Below are positions 1 through 8,514 of a stretch of DNA of 64,000 nt, piece by piece (within the stretch, counting starts at the first letter, position 1; each line of letters opens with the position of its first letter). This stretch comes from a virus (lineage: Duplodnaviria > Heunggongvirae > Uroviricota > Caudoviricetes). Below the pieces are notes generated by a model that did no database searches, was not told the origin of the DNA, and saw nothing but the letters and a program-made list of their open reading frames with translations. The position numbers were made by a program, and so were the translations under genes. The stretch is from positions 1 to 64,000 of the IMG/VR virus record IMGVR_UViG_3300002834_000024; one strand, written 5' to 3'.

Positions 1-79
1 TGCTGCAAGAAGTGCAACACATACTCAAGGTTGCCATCATTGCAACCAACATCAAACTGTAAACTAAATTTTTCTTCAT
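1..79 (-). CDS. partial lipoprotein (N-terminal signal peptide only; gene continues beyond the window start)
   Basis: Reverse complement of 1-79 reads ATG MKKNLVYSLMLVAMMATLSMCCTSCS, a hydrophobic signal peptide with a lipobox-like LSMC. The conserved minus-strand promoter element at 128-174 lies immediately upstream. Confidence 0.4.
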   Translation of the reverse strand, partial: MKKNLVYSLMLVAMMATLSMCCTSCS

Positions 80-190
80 TGTGTTTAAATTTTTAAAATT
101 AATATTATTTGTTAATGAATTTCGATACAAAAATAGTTTTTTATTTTTATCTAATTTTATTCTGGATGTTAAAATTTATGTAATATTTAA

Positions 191-514
191 TTATGCCAAT
201 AGTGCAAATATTCCTATTACAATTGCGATTGCTATTCCCCATGTAATTATTTGGGTAATCCATTTACACGCTTTATCAGAGGCAAATCCCCAAATTCCTA
301 ATACACCCAGAATAATCCCTAAAAATATCATACCACAGAAAAAGAGGATTATTCCACCAATTATTAATACAACCAGTAAGAATACATCCCACATGTCTTC
401 TAAACTATCCCAACCTTCCTTTGAGTTGTTTACTACTACGTCCCCAAAACGGAACCAATCTTTTCCACTTCCACCAAAAACCATGTCTGGTAAATTATTC
501 TTGCTCATAGTCAT
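191..514 (-). CDS. small integral membrane protein (2-3 predicted TM helices)
   Basis: 107-aa ORF with long hydrophobic stretches (LLVVLIIGGIILFFCGMIFLGIILGVLGIWGF, WGIAIAIVIGIFALLA). Promoter element 551-598 points at it. The overlapping plus-strand ORF 81-548 translates to low-complexity junk. Confidence 0.55.
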   Translation of the reverse strand: MTMSKNNLPDMVFGGSGKDWFRFGDVVVNNSKEGWDSLEDMWDVFLLVVLIIGGIILFFCGMIFLGIILGVLGIWGFASDKACKWITQIITWGIAIAIVIGIFALLA

Positions 515-644
515 TTATTTTTATTTGTTTATAAATCATTTTATCTGATACAAAAATACAGATAAAATTAGATAAGATAAAGTTTCTGGATGTTAAAATA
601 TTTTTTTTTTGTATTTATCATATATTGAAATATCATTTTATTAT

Positions 645-3600
645 ATGACATTTGACGAATTACTTGATAAATTAACACCAGAAATAGAACTTTTAATTGA
701 TCAATCAAGAATACAAAACGAAATTCTTGTTGATCTTAATGCAGCCACCACTGAATTATTAGAAAAATATAAAGAAAGTGATGGGTTGATTGAACAAATT
801 ACTCTTTTGAAAGATAAATTAGTTGAAACAACTCAAAGTTTAACTGACTTAAATACCCCAATTACAAGTTTTTCCGATGCTTTAAAACAGGGGAAAACAG
901 ACATGGATGATTCTATGAGTAAATTAACATCCATGACTAAAAGTACAACCCAAAATTTTGGAAAATTTATTGGCGTTGCTGTTGCTGGTACAAATAAATT
1001 CAAAGAGTTAGCAACAGCAGCTGGAAAAGCTGGTACTGCACAAGATGATGCTGCTAAATCACTTAAAAAAGTGGGAGATGCTTCTGATAATTTAAAAGGT
1101 CGTCTTGATAGTAATCCTGGTGGTACAGGTGGTACTGGTAGTGGTAGACCAGGTTCTTCTGGTGCAGCCAAAGGTGGTAAATTACAAAAAATTGGTCAAA
1201 TTGCAATAGATGTTGTTAAAGGCGGATGGGAACAAATGACAAAACTTGAAGAAGCATTTAGACCATTGAATAGACAAATGGGATTGAGTGCTGAAAATCA
1301 AGTTAAGTTTATGGGGGCAATGAATAAAGTTGCCATTGATACAACAAGAAAATTTGGTATAGCAGCAAAAGATCTTGGTGAAATTCAAGGTAAATTATTT
1401 GCTGAAACTGGTAGGATACAAGTAATGTCAGCAAAACAAGCTGAAAAAGTTGCTGGAATTGCCAAAGTAATGGGTAATCAAGCTGGCGCACAATTTGTTG
1501 CAGATATGGATAAAATTGGAGTATCCACAGATAAGGCAGCAAAAAGTTGGAGCGAGATAAGGTCTATTGCTGGTAAAGCTGGCGTTGATATGGTTAAAGC
1601 AACCAGTCTAGTTCAATCAAATATACAAAAAGCACAATCATACGCATTTAAAGATGGTGTTAATTCGTTAGCACAAATGGCAACAAAATCTTTGCAAATG
1701 AGAATGAATATGGAACAAGTATTCAAATTTTCAGAAGCAAACAGAAGTGTTGAGGGGGCTGTTACACAGGCTGCTCAAACACAAGTATTGGGAGGCGCAT
1801 TTTCATCTTTTGCTAATCCATTAGAAAATTTATATAATTCTTTGTATGATCAAGAAGCATCACAAGATAGATTATTAGGTCTTGGGTCGGATGTGATGAC
1901 ATTTGATAAAAAGTCAGGAACAATGAAATATAAATCTGCTGCTGATCAATTAAGAGCTGAAGCATTTGCTAAAAGTTCAGGGTTAGATATTGGTGAACTT
2001 CAAAGTGGTTGGACAAGAGCAGGAATAGGTCAACAAATAGATAAAGAATTGGGGACTCAATTTGGTGTTGGATTAGATAAAGATCAAAGAGATTTGGCAA
2101 AATCACAAGCTAGTTGGAATGAAGATATGAAGGCTTGGACTGTATCTGTTAGAGAAAAGGATAGTGAGGGGAATTATACTTATAAAGATAAAGAATTAGA
2201 TCAATTAACATCACAAGACCTTGCATCAATACAGGCTGACGATAGTCAAAATATAGATGAAATTGCGAGAACAACAATGACCATTAAAGATAAACTTGTT
2301 GCGATTCTTGATGCTGCAAAAACTGCATTTGGTGGGTGGGTTTTTAAAAATCTAGGCCCATTTCTTGCAGATATGGTTGAAAAAATAGGTGGCTTTTTTG
2401 GGGGATTATCAACTGGAATGAAAGCACTTGTTGGGGGTGCTGCTGTTGCTGCTGGACCCATTGGAAGTTTAGCATTAGGCGGTGTAAAAAAACTAGGTAA
2501 AAATGCCTTAGGCGCATTTGGAAAAGTCGCAAAATTAGCAAAAGTTGACAAAGTAGCTGGATTAGGTAGAGGAACAATAATGAAAAATGCTGGTAAAAAT
2601 ATGTTGAAATTAGGTAAAGGTAGTGGTATTGCAGCTGGTCTTATTTCAGCAGGAGTTGAAGGTTTTGATCAATGGCAAGCTGGTAACTTTAAGAAAAGTA
2701 GTGGAAATCAAGGAAAAGCAATTGGTTCAACTGCTGGCGCTGGTGTTGGTGGCGGTCTTGGCGCATGGGGTGGAGCTGCTGCTGGAGCAGCAATTGGTAG
2801 TGTTGTACCTGGCATTGGAACTGCAATTGGAGGCGTTTTAGGTGCTATTGTTGGTGGTCTTGCTGGAAGTAAATTTGGTAAAAACATTGGTAATGCCATT
2901 GGTAAATACTTTGATGAAGGTGGGGGAAAAGCAATTAAAGAAGCATCAAAAAAAGTTTGGGGTGCTGTTTCTTCAACTGCATCAAATGTTTGGGGGGCAA
3001 TGAAAGAAAAGGGTGGTCAAATTGGATCAGCTGTTGGAAAAATATGGGATAATTTAAGTGTTAAAGGTAAACAACTTGGCGGTGGATTTTCAGCATTATT
3101 TAAAGGCGATTTCAAGGGTGCTGCTACCAATTTTACATTATTAACAAAAAATGTAATTGGGGATGTAGTTAATATTAGTAAAAAATTTGGTGAAATTGGA
3201 AAAGAATTTGGTGGATGGATTTCAGATGCTTTTGGAAAAATAACAAGTAAAGAATGGTGGGGTGAAAAGTTGAGTAATATATGGGAAAGTATTACTGGGT
3301 TCTTCGGACCTATTGGAGATTTTTTCAAAGAAAAGTTTGGTGCAATTGGTGATTGGTTCACGGAGAAATTTGGTGCAATTGGTGATTGGTTCACAACTGC
3401 TTTTTCAAATATAACATCAGCTGAATGGTGGGGTGAACGAATTTCAAATATAAAAGATGCTATTATAGGCAAATTTACATCAATTGTTGATTGGGTTAGT
3501 GAAAATTTAAGTCCAAGTGCAATATTTAATAAGGCTAAAAATGCTGTTGTTGGAGTTGCTAACAAGGTAATTGGTAAAGGTAAAGAAATACTCTCTGATG

Positions 3601-4019
3601 TACAAAGTGGTGTTTCAGAAGCACAAACTATGGATGCTAAAACTGATTATGTTAGCGATATGATTAAAACCCCACAGGGAAAAATAATGACAGATCCAAA
3701 TGATGTTATTATGGCTGTTAAACCTGGTGGTTCACTTTCAACTTTCTTTTCAAATAGTGTTTTACCAAATCCATCTGTTGGTGGTGGAGGATCGGGTGGT
3801 AACATTCAAATACCCCCAATAACAATTAACATATCAGGTTCACTAAGATTAGATGGTGCAAGTGAAACAATAAATCTTAATTCACTGGCAACCAACCGAC
3901 AATTTGTTGGGGCAATAACACAAGCTGTTGCTGATGGTATCAATAGAAATATGAACAGTGGAAGAATGAATAACAGTCAAGGACAATCATTTGGAAATTT
4001 CAATCGTGGAATGTTTTAA
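645..4019 (+). CDS. tail tape-measure-like giant protein (Gly-rich, coiled-coil N-terminus)
   Basis: 1136-aa ORF (track start 609; the more likely start is ATG 645, downstream of the TATTTAT motif at 612-618). N-terminal coiled-coil-like region, long Gly/Ala-rich hydrophobic segments (GGAAVAAGPIGSLALGG..., GAGVGGGLGAWGGAAAGAAIGSVVPGIGTAIGGVLGAIVGG) and amphipathic FGxIG repeats typical of tape-measure/ejection proteins. Immediately followed by a lysozyme gene. Confidence 0.45.
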   Translation: MTFDELLDKLTPEIELLIDQSRIQNEILVDLNAATTELLEKYKESDGLIEQITLLKDKLVETTQSLTDLNTPITSFSDALKQGKTDMDDSMSKLTSMTKSTTQNFGKFIGVAVAGTNKFKELATAAGKAGTAQDDAAKSLKKVGDASDNLKGRLDSNPGGTGGTGSGRPGSSGAAKGGKLQKIGQIAIDVVKGGWEQMTKLEEAFRPLNRQMGLSAENQVKFMGAMNKVAIDTTRKFGIAAKDLGEIQGKLFAETGRIQVMSAKQAEKVAGIAKVMGNQAGAQFVADMDKIGVSTDKAAKSWSEIRSIAGKAGVDMVKATSLVQSNIQKAQSYAFKDGVNSLAQMATKSLQMRMNMEQVFKFSEANRSVEGAVTQAAQTQVLGGAFSSFANPLENLYNSLYDQEASQDRLLGLGSDVMTFDKKSGTMKYKSAADQLRAEAFAKSSGLDIGELQSGWTRAGIGQQIDKELGTQFGVGLDKDQRDLAKSQASWNEDMKAWTVSVREKDSEGNYTYKDKELDQLTSQDLASIQADDSQNIDEIARTTMTIKDKLVAILDAAKTAFGGWVFKNLGPFLADMVEKIGGFFGGLSTGMKALVGGAAVAAGPIGSLALGGVKKLGKNALGAFGKVAKLAKVDKVAGLGRGTIMKNAGKNMLKLGKGSGIAAGLISAGVEGFDQWQAGNFKKSSGNQGKAIGSTAGAGVGGGLGAWGGAAAGAAIGSVVPGIGTAIGGVLGAIVGGLAGSKFGKNIGNAIGKYFDEGGGKAIKEASKKVWGAVSSTASNVWGAMKEKGGQIGSAVGKIWDNLSVKGKQLGGGFSALFKGDFKGAATNFTLLTKNVIGDVVNISKKFGEIGKEFGGWISDAFGKITSKEWWGEKLSNIWESITGFFGPIGDFFKEKFGAIGDWFTEKFGAIGDWFTTAFSNITSAEWWGERISNIKDAIIGKFTSIVDWVSENLSPSAIFNKAKNAVVGVANKVIGKGKEILSDVQSGVSEAQTMDAKTDYVSDMIKTPQGKIMTDPNDVIMAVKPGGSLSTFFSNSVLPNPSVGGGGSGGNIQIPPITINISGSLRLDGASETINLNSLATNRQFVGAITQAVADGINRNMNSGRMNNSQGQSFGNFNRGMF
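3336..3394 (+). repeat. perfect 26-nt direct repeat with 33-nt period (encodes KFGAIGDWFTE x2)
   Basis: tttggtgcaattggtgattggttcac occurs at 3336-3361 and 3369-3394. Confidence 0.9.
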
Positions 4020-4030
4020 TATAAAATAAT

Positions 4031-4834
4031 ATGACAGAATCAGAAAAATCAGAAATTATAAACAAAACACTTAAACATGAGGGTGGTTTTGGAATAGATA
4101 ATAATGGTGCGTGGGTTTATTGTGGAATAAATTCAAATTCAAATCCAACTTGGCCAGGTTGGGATAGAGTTTCACAATTAGTTAATCACTCAAAATTCAA
4201 TCATTTCTCACCAAAATCAGAAGGCGTTTATAATAAAATTTGGGATGATCCAAGATTAAAACAACAAGTATCCGATTTAGCATCAGGTAGTTATTATTGG
4301 AATGGTAATAGTTTTGAAGATTACAACGATAAACGTGTTGCATCTAACTTGTTTGATCAGAGATATGCTGGTGGTATGGAAACAGTTATGAATTGTGCAT
4401 TTGGTACAACTAATAAAAAACAGGCTGCCCAAGTTGCAAACAGTATGGGCGAAAGAGCATTGCCGAAAGTTATTGAATGTAGAGAACAATATGTAAATAG
4501 TATAAACTTTGGGCAACAAACGCCTGATGGAGATCCGCCTGGTTGTTCACAGCCTGGTAGTGGTTGTAAATGTAAAACACGAACAAATAGTAGTGGTAAG
4601 ACCTACACAGAATATGGGTGGAACTTTTACAGAAAAGCCCACTTAAAAAGAATTAAAGATCACAATGCTGATTGGATGGCTGGCGGATCATCTTCATATT
4701 ATCCAAATACAGGAAATAATAATGAAGAATTTCACAGTAATACTATTGTGGTTGATAAATTCCTAGACCCAAGAGAAGGAAATTGGTTTTTAGAACATTT
4801 AGGAAAAGAAGATTCTATATTTGATGCAAATTAA
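4031..4834 (+). CDS. GH108-family lysozyme (N-acetylmuramidase-like), likely tail-associated or endolysin
   Basis: N-terminus TLKHEGGFGIDNNGAW..YCGINSNSNPTWPGW matches the GH108 EGG(Y/F) catalytic region. C-terminal Cys/Gly-rich region. Directly downstream of the tape-measure-like gene. Confidence 0.55.
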   Translation: MTESEKSEIINKTLKHEGGFGIDNNGAWVYCGINSNSNPTWPGWDRVSQLVNHSKFNHFSPKSEGVYNKIWDDPRLKQQVSDLASGSYYWNGNSFEDYNDKRVASNLFDQRYAGGMETVMNCAFGTTNKKQAAQVANSMGERALPKVIECREQYVNSINFGQQTPDGDPPGCSQPGSGCKCKTRTNSSGKTYTEYGWNFYRKAHLKRIKDHNADWMAGGSSSYYPNTGNNNEEFHSNTIVVDKFLDPREGNWFLEHLGKEDSIFDAN

Positions 4835-4850
4835 AGAATTATTTCTTTAA
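4831..4850. terminator. bidirectional hairpin terminator between convergent genes
   Basis: TTAAAGAA TTAT TTCTTTAA, a perfect 8-bp stem with 4-nt loop, overlaps the stop codons of 4031-4834 (+) and 4839-5306 (-). Confidence 0.5.
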
Positions 4851-5306
4851 ACTATCTATATAATCTTTATAAATATAATCAATATAAGAGTTTCCCCCAA
4901 GACTTTTATATTTATCATATAATTCACTGATTTGTTTTATATCAGCAACATCATGAATCATTTGAAGAATTTCTAATCTTATTGTAGATTTTTGTAATTC
5001 ATTAAATGAATAATCACCATCTATAAGTCTATCTTCTATGTGATGAAGTGTTGATTGAATGTTTTCAAAATTATCCTTTATAACTCCAATATCAGATTTT
5101 ATAATTTCAATATTTTCTGAATTAACATGTGATAAATTGATTGCAGCAGAAGCATAACATGCTGGGGATGTTGAATCAATTTGTTTAAACAAAGTGTCTG
5201 CAATTTTCTTTCTAATTTTTTTACTGATTCCAATAATAATACCTGAAATAACAGTTAAGGATACAATAATATCCAATATTACTTTGTAGTTTGTTAAATC
5301 CATCAT
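4839..5306 (-). CDS. hypothetical membrane-anchored protein (single N-terminal TM)
   Basis: 155-aa ORF. N-terminal hydrophobic helix ILDIIVSLTVISGIIIGI followed by a basic stretch KKIRKK. No recognisable catalytic motifs. Confidence 0.45.
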   Translation of the reverse strand: MMDLTNYKVILDIIVSLTVISGIIIGISKKIRKKIADTLFKQIDSTSPACYASAAINLSHVNSENIEIIKSDIGVIKDNFENIQSTLHHIEDRLIDGDYSFNELQKSTIRLEILQMIHDVADIKQISELYDKYKSLGGNSYIDYIYKDYIDSLKK

Positions 5307-5424
5307 ACTTTAATATTTTTTTTTAAAAATAAATAGAATAGTTAAAAAAAAATGAACTACTTATATGATGAGGTTTCCCCCTATGTTTTAAAATTATTTG
5401 AATAAAATAAACAATTCCCAATGA

Positions 5425-6618
5425 TTAAGACATCATCAGGAATTGTTTTCTCATATCAATAAGAATATCATTAAAGAAGTCAATATCAACTTGATCTGGT
5501 AATGAACAGGTATTGATATTTTGTTCAATATAAGATTTCTTTTCTTCAGCAATCTTCATTATTTTGTCATAATCCCATTCACCTTTTTTTACGGATAAGA
5601 TGAAATCTCTGTCAATATCAGTTCTATCAATGAGGAAACCTTTACCATTAACAAGTTCTTCACCCATTGTTAAAAGCCGAATACAATGTGAAATGTTTTT
5701 GACATCATAATTTCGTTGGCTTTCAATATTGATTTTAAATCTTTCAGGATTTCTTTTTTTCTTCCAGTCTTGGTAATTTTTATAATCAACACAAAATTTT
5801 GAGTATCCTGATTTGTTATATGTCATATAACAAATTGGTAAAATCTCTTTTTCAACAGAGGATAATCTCACTTCATTACTATCATCACCAACAATACCAC
5901 GATAATTAGTTTCATTGATTGTATTAATAACTATGTTTAATGGTTCTAAATTTAAGAAAGAACATGCCATTCGATAAGAATTATTAATTAATTTTAATAA
6001 AATATATTCTTCTTCATCTGTGTTAATTTCAAAAAACTTTTCATTGTAATGTTTTTTGAAATCATAATATAAACCATAAACATCGTGCATATGTGGAATA
6101 TTTACCAACCCACAGTATTCTTGATATAAACTATTTTGTTTAAGATAATCTTTAATGGGTATTGAACCCTGTTCTTTGAATGTATAACAAAAGTCAAGAA
6201 CATCTTTCTTTTCTTCAATTGGATTAACAATTGCTTTATTTAACCCACGTGCCTTTTGAATTTGAGAATGGGCATATTGGGTTAATATCTTTGCTAATTC
6301 TTTTGTCAAAAATTTATTTCCATTTTCAAAAATAGGGGTTAAAATTTTGTGAGGCTTGGTTAACATTTTATCCTTCGGAACAAAAACACCCTCGATCATA
6401 TTTGGATTTCCTTTAATAAGGAGTTCAACCCATCTACCAAGTTCGTAAAACACAACATCATTACCATCAACATTCATTTGTTCTTGATAATTTTGTCTTA
6501 ATCCAAGAATATCATTGATATTTTGGACAAAAACACCAGATTTATCAAGATCACTATTTTCTGTTGCTAATCCATACAGTTGTGAACCACGAATATATTC
6601 ATAAATTATATTTTGCAT
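5425..6618 (-). CDS. Pol-beta superfamily nucleotidyltransferase (RlaP/PF10127-like predicted NTase)
   Basis: N-terminal motif IRGSQLYGLATENSDLDKSGVFV is the hG[GS]x(9-13)Dh[DE]h nucleotidyltransferase signature. The size (397 aa) and following helical region resemble the RNA-repair-associated NTase family. Family assignment is from memory of the motif style, not a search. Confidence 0.5.
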   Translation of the reverse strand: MQNIIYEYIRGSQLYGLATENSDLDKSGVFVQNINDILGLRQNYQEQMNVDGNDVVFYELGRWVELLIKGNPNMIEGVFVPKDKMLTKPHKILTPIFENGNKFLTKELAKILTQYAHSQIQKARGLNKAIVNPIEEKKDVLDFCYTFKEQGSIPIKDYLKQNSLYQEYCGLVNIPHMHDVYGLYYDFKKHYNEKFFEINTDEEEYILLKLINNSYRMACSFLNLEPLNIVINTINETNYRGIVGDDSNEVRLSSVEKEILPICYMTYNKSGYSKFCVDYKNYQDWKKKRNPERFKINIESQRNYDVKNISHCIRLLTMGEELVNGKGFLIDRTDIDRDFILSVKKGEWDYDKIMKIAEEKKSYIEQNINTCSLPDQVDIDFFNDILIDMRKQFLMMS

Positions 6619-6620
6619 AA

Positions 6621-6881
6621 TTAAACTATTTCACTTACTATTTGTTTAAATAATTCTGGATTATTACGGCAATCAATACGACCACCAATAACATGTTCAT
6701 GTGATGTATATTCAGTTAGAAACATATTGTTAAATGTGCCATATGCACCACACTTACTTGTAAATAAATTATCACCTTTGTTATCATAAACTGGAGATAA
6801 TCTGTAACCATTTTGTTCTAACCATTCAATCATTTCGGTAGTATTCTCAATGATTGCTGCTTGTTTGTAAAGATATTCCAT
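6621..6881 (-). CDS. hypothetical protein
   Basis: 86-aa ORF tightly abutting the upstream gene (3-nt gap). Promoter element 6906-6952 upstream. Confidence 0.45.
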   Translation of the reverse strand: MEYLYKQAAIIENTTEMIEWLEQNGYRLSPVYDNKGDNLFTSKCGAYGTFNNMFLTEYTSHEHVIGGRIDCRNNPELFKQIVSEIV

Positions 6882-6905
6882 TTTTTTAATTATATAAATT
6901 TATTA

Positions 6906-6952
6906 CAAAAGTATTAAATCTTATATAATATTTAATGTACTGGATGTTAAAA
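6906..6952 (-). promoter_or_regulatory. conserved bipartite minus-strand promoter element (TTTTAACATCCAG-N26-TAcTTTTG)
   Basis: Plus strand shows CAAAAGTA at 6906-6913 and CTGGATGTTAAAA at 6940-6952. Same 26-bp spacing as five other copies. About 27 nt upstream of the ATG of 6621-6881. Confidence 0.6.
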
Positions 6953-7294
6953 TGGGATATTTTTTTCTAATTGTTTTTTAAATTCTTCGATGGTTTCAAT
7001 ACCAAAGTTTTTTCGTTCTTGGTCTGTTAAATCTCTTATATCCCCACAAACTTTACATTCCATTTTTGAAAAACATCTTGGTTGAGTAGATGTTAGATAA
7101 TATTCATGTAAACCATCTTCATTTAAACAGTCTGCTTTTTCAACATTATAATCAAAACTTATTTGTGTTGTATATACAAACATTTTTTCACATCCACAAC
7201 ATTGTTGTGAATATATTTCATCTTCTTCATAACCATAACCATCATCATGGTTTATGTATTGTTCTTTTCCGCAATAGGGGCAATTTATACTCAT
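6947..7294 (-). CDS. Cys-rich zinc-ribbon protein
   Basis: 115-aa ORF with CPYCG...CCGCE...CKVCG cysteine pairs. Stop codon lies inside the promoter-element 13-mer. Confidence 0.5.
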   Translation of the reverse strand: MSINCPYCGKEQYINHDDGYGYEEDEIYSQQCCGCEKMFVYTTQISFDYNVEKADCLNEDGLHEYYLTSTQPRCFSKMECKVCGDIRDLTDQERKNFGIETIEEFKKQLEKNIPF

Positions 7295-7626
7295 TTTCTA
7301 TATGTTATATCAAAGTTATATAATTTACATATCTGGTACAATATGTTATCTTCATCTGGATATTTTTCAAATTCATTGTAATTCATAGTTAATTCTTCAC
7401 CAATTTCAATATCTTTTATTGCAAAATCCCCAATTGGATCAACACCAATGTTTGGATTATATGAATGATTGATATATCTACCGCCATCCATTGGCATAAT
7501 ATATAAACCTGAAAATATATCTTTATATGCGTGTTCAACTATGTCAAGTTGAATTTGTTCTGGTGCATATAATATTGCTTCTTCATCTAATATTTGGTCC
7601 AATCCATGAATAAATCTTGCAACCAT
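7291..7626 (-). CDS. SET-domain protein (putative lysine methyltransferase); N-terminus ambiguous
   Basis: Contains YINHSYNPN (the SET NHSCxPN motif with C to Y) and ELTMNYN (the ELxxxY post-SET region). The GxG motif (NAYGLGVYADEFIPNGT) is encoded in frame immediately upstream of the first ATG (7627-7677), but a TAA at 7678-7680 and no canonical start codon precede it. Confidence 0.5.
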   Translation of the reverse strand: MVARFIHGLDQILDEEAILYAPEQIQLDIVEHAYKDIFSGLYIMPMDGGRYINHSYNPNIGVDPIGDFAIKDIEIGEELTMNYNEFEKYPDEDNILYQICKLYNFDITYRK

Positions 7627-7707
7627 AGTCCCATTTGGTATAAATTCATCAGCATATACACCAAGACCATAAGCATTTTATTTTACCTTATGTTTAATTA
7701 ATAACAT

Positions 7708-8229
7708 TTAGTTGTCTCCTTCTCTAACTGTAATTATTTTTGTATCATCATTAATAACATCAATAAACTCATCAAGAATTTTGAGTTGTTCGGGTAATTC
7801 TACATTACTATATATTAATTTTTCCATATCTATGTCAAGTTTACCCCTATCTTCGTCACAACTTAAACGATAATTACCATCATTTTTTATGATAGTATAT
7901 CCCAATATTTCTTTTACATAATCTGTAAAATATTTTTTATGGACTTCATCTATAGCCCAAGATTCTTCATTTAGATACAAAAATAATAATGCAGCCTTTT
8001 CATGTCTTGTAAAAGCGTTCCAAACAGTTCCATTACTATAATCATTATATTCGCCTCCTGTATAAGGATCGCTTGTATATCCTTCACCTTTATGGTAAAA
8101 CTTATCTAAATCCAATACATTGTTATTATATATCTCTTTATCAGATACAGATTTACTTTTAACTGTTAATGTATGGACACTACTTGAATTGGTTTCAAAA
8201 ACACATTCTCTAATTTTTATCATAATCAA
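7708..8229 (-). CDS. hypothetical protein
   Basis: 173-aa ORF with no recognisable motif. Confidence 0.45.
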   Translation of the reverse strand: MIMIKIRECVFETNSSSVHTLTVKSKSVSDKEIYNNNVLDLDKFYHKGEGYTSDPYTGGEYNDYSNGTVWNAFTRHEKAALLFLYLNEESWAIDEVHKKYFTDYVKEILGYTIIKNDGNYRLSCDEDRGKLDIDMEKLIYSNVELPEQLKILDEFIDVINDDTKIITVREGDN

Positions 8230-8275
8230 TATTATTTATTGTTGTAAATATATTTAATTTTTTATTCAAAGTAAA

Positions 8276-8512
8276 ATGCAAGATTATAAAATAAATCAAA
8301 AGGTACAATTTGAATATGCTTTAAGAGATACAGGTGAAATTGTTAAAGGATATGGTTTGGTAACATTTGTAACAAAATTTTTTAGAGAGGATTATGTAGA
8401 TAAATTATCAACATTTTATTTTGTTAAAATTGATTATGCTGAAAATGCCCCACCAAATCAAACAATATTATTTTTACATGAGGATTTGGTAAGACCATTT
8501 CGTGTATCATAA
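8276..8512 (+). CDS. hypothetical small protein
   Basis: 78-aa ORF between two minus-strand blocks. Confidence 0.3.
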   Translation: MQDYKINQKVQFEYALRDTGEIVKGYGLVTFVTKFFREDYVDKLSTFYFVKIDYAENAPPNQTILFLHEDLVRPFRVS

Positions 8513-8514
8513 GA

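Noticed and set aside
81-548. 155-aa plus-strand ORF overlapping the minus-strand membrane protein gene
   Set aside because: The translation is low-complexity Ile/Phe/Asn/Pro junk. The opposite-strand ORF 191-514 encodes convincing TM helices and is served by promoter element 551-598.
609-644. ORF-track start of the giant gene at ATG 609
   Set aside because: The TATTTAT promoter-like motif (612-618) lies downstream of this ATG. The first 12 residues (MYLSYIEISFYY) look non-protein-like. ATG 645 is preferred.
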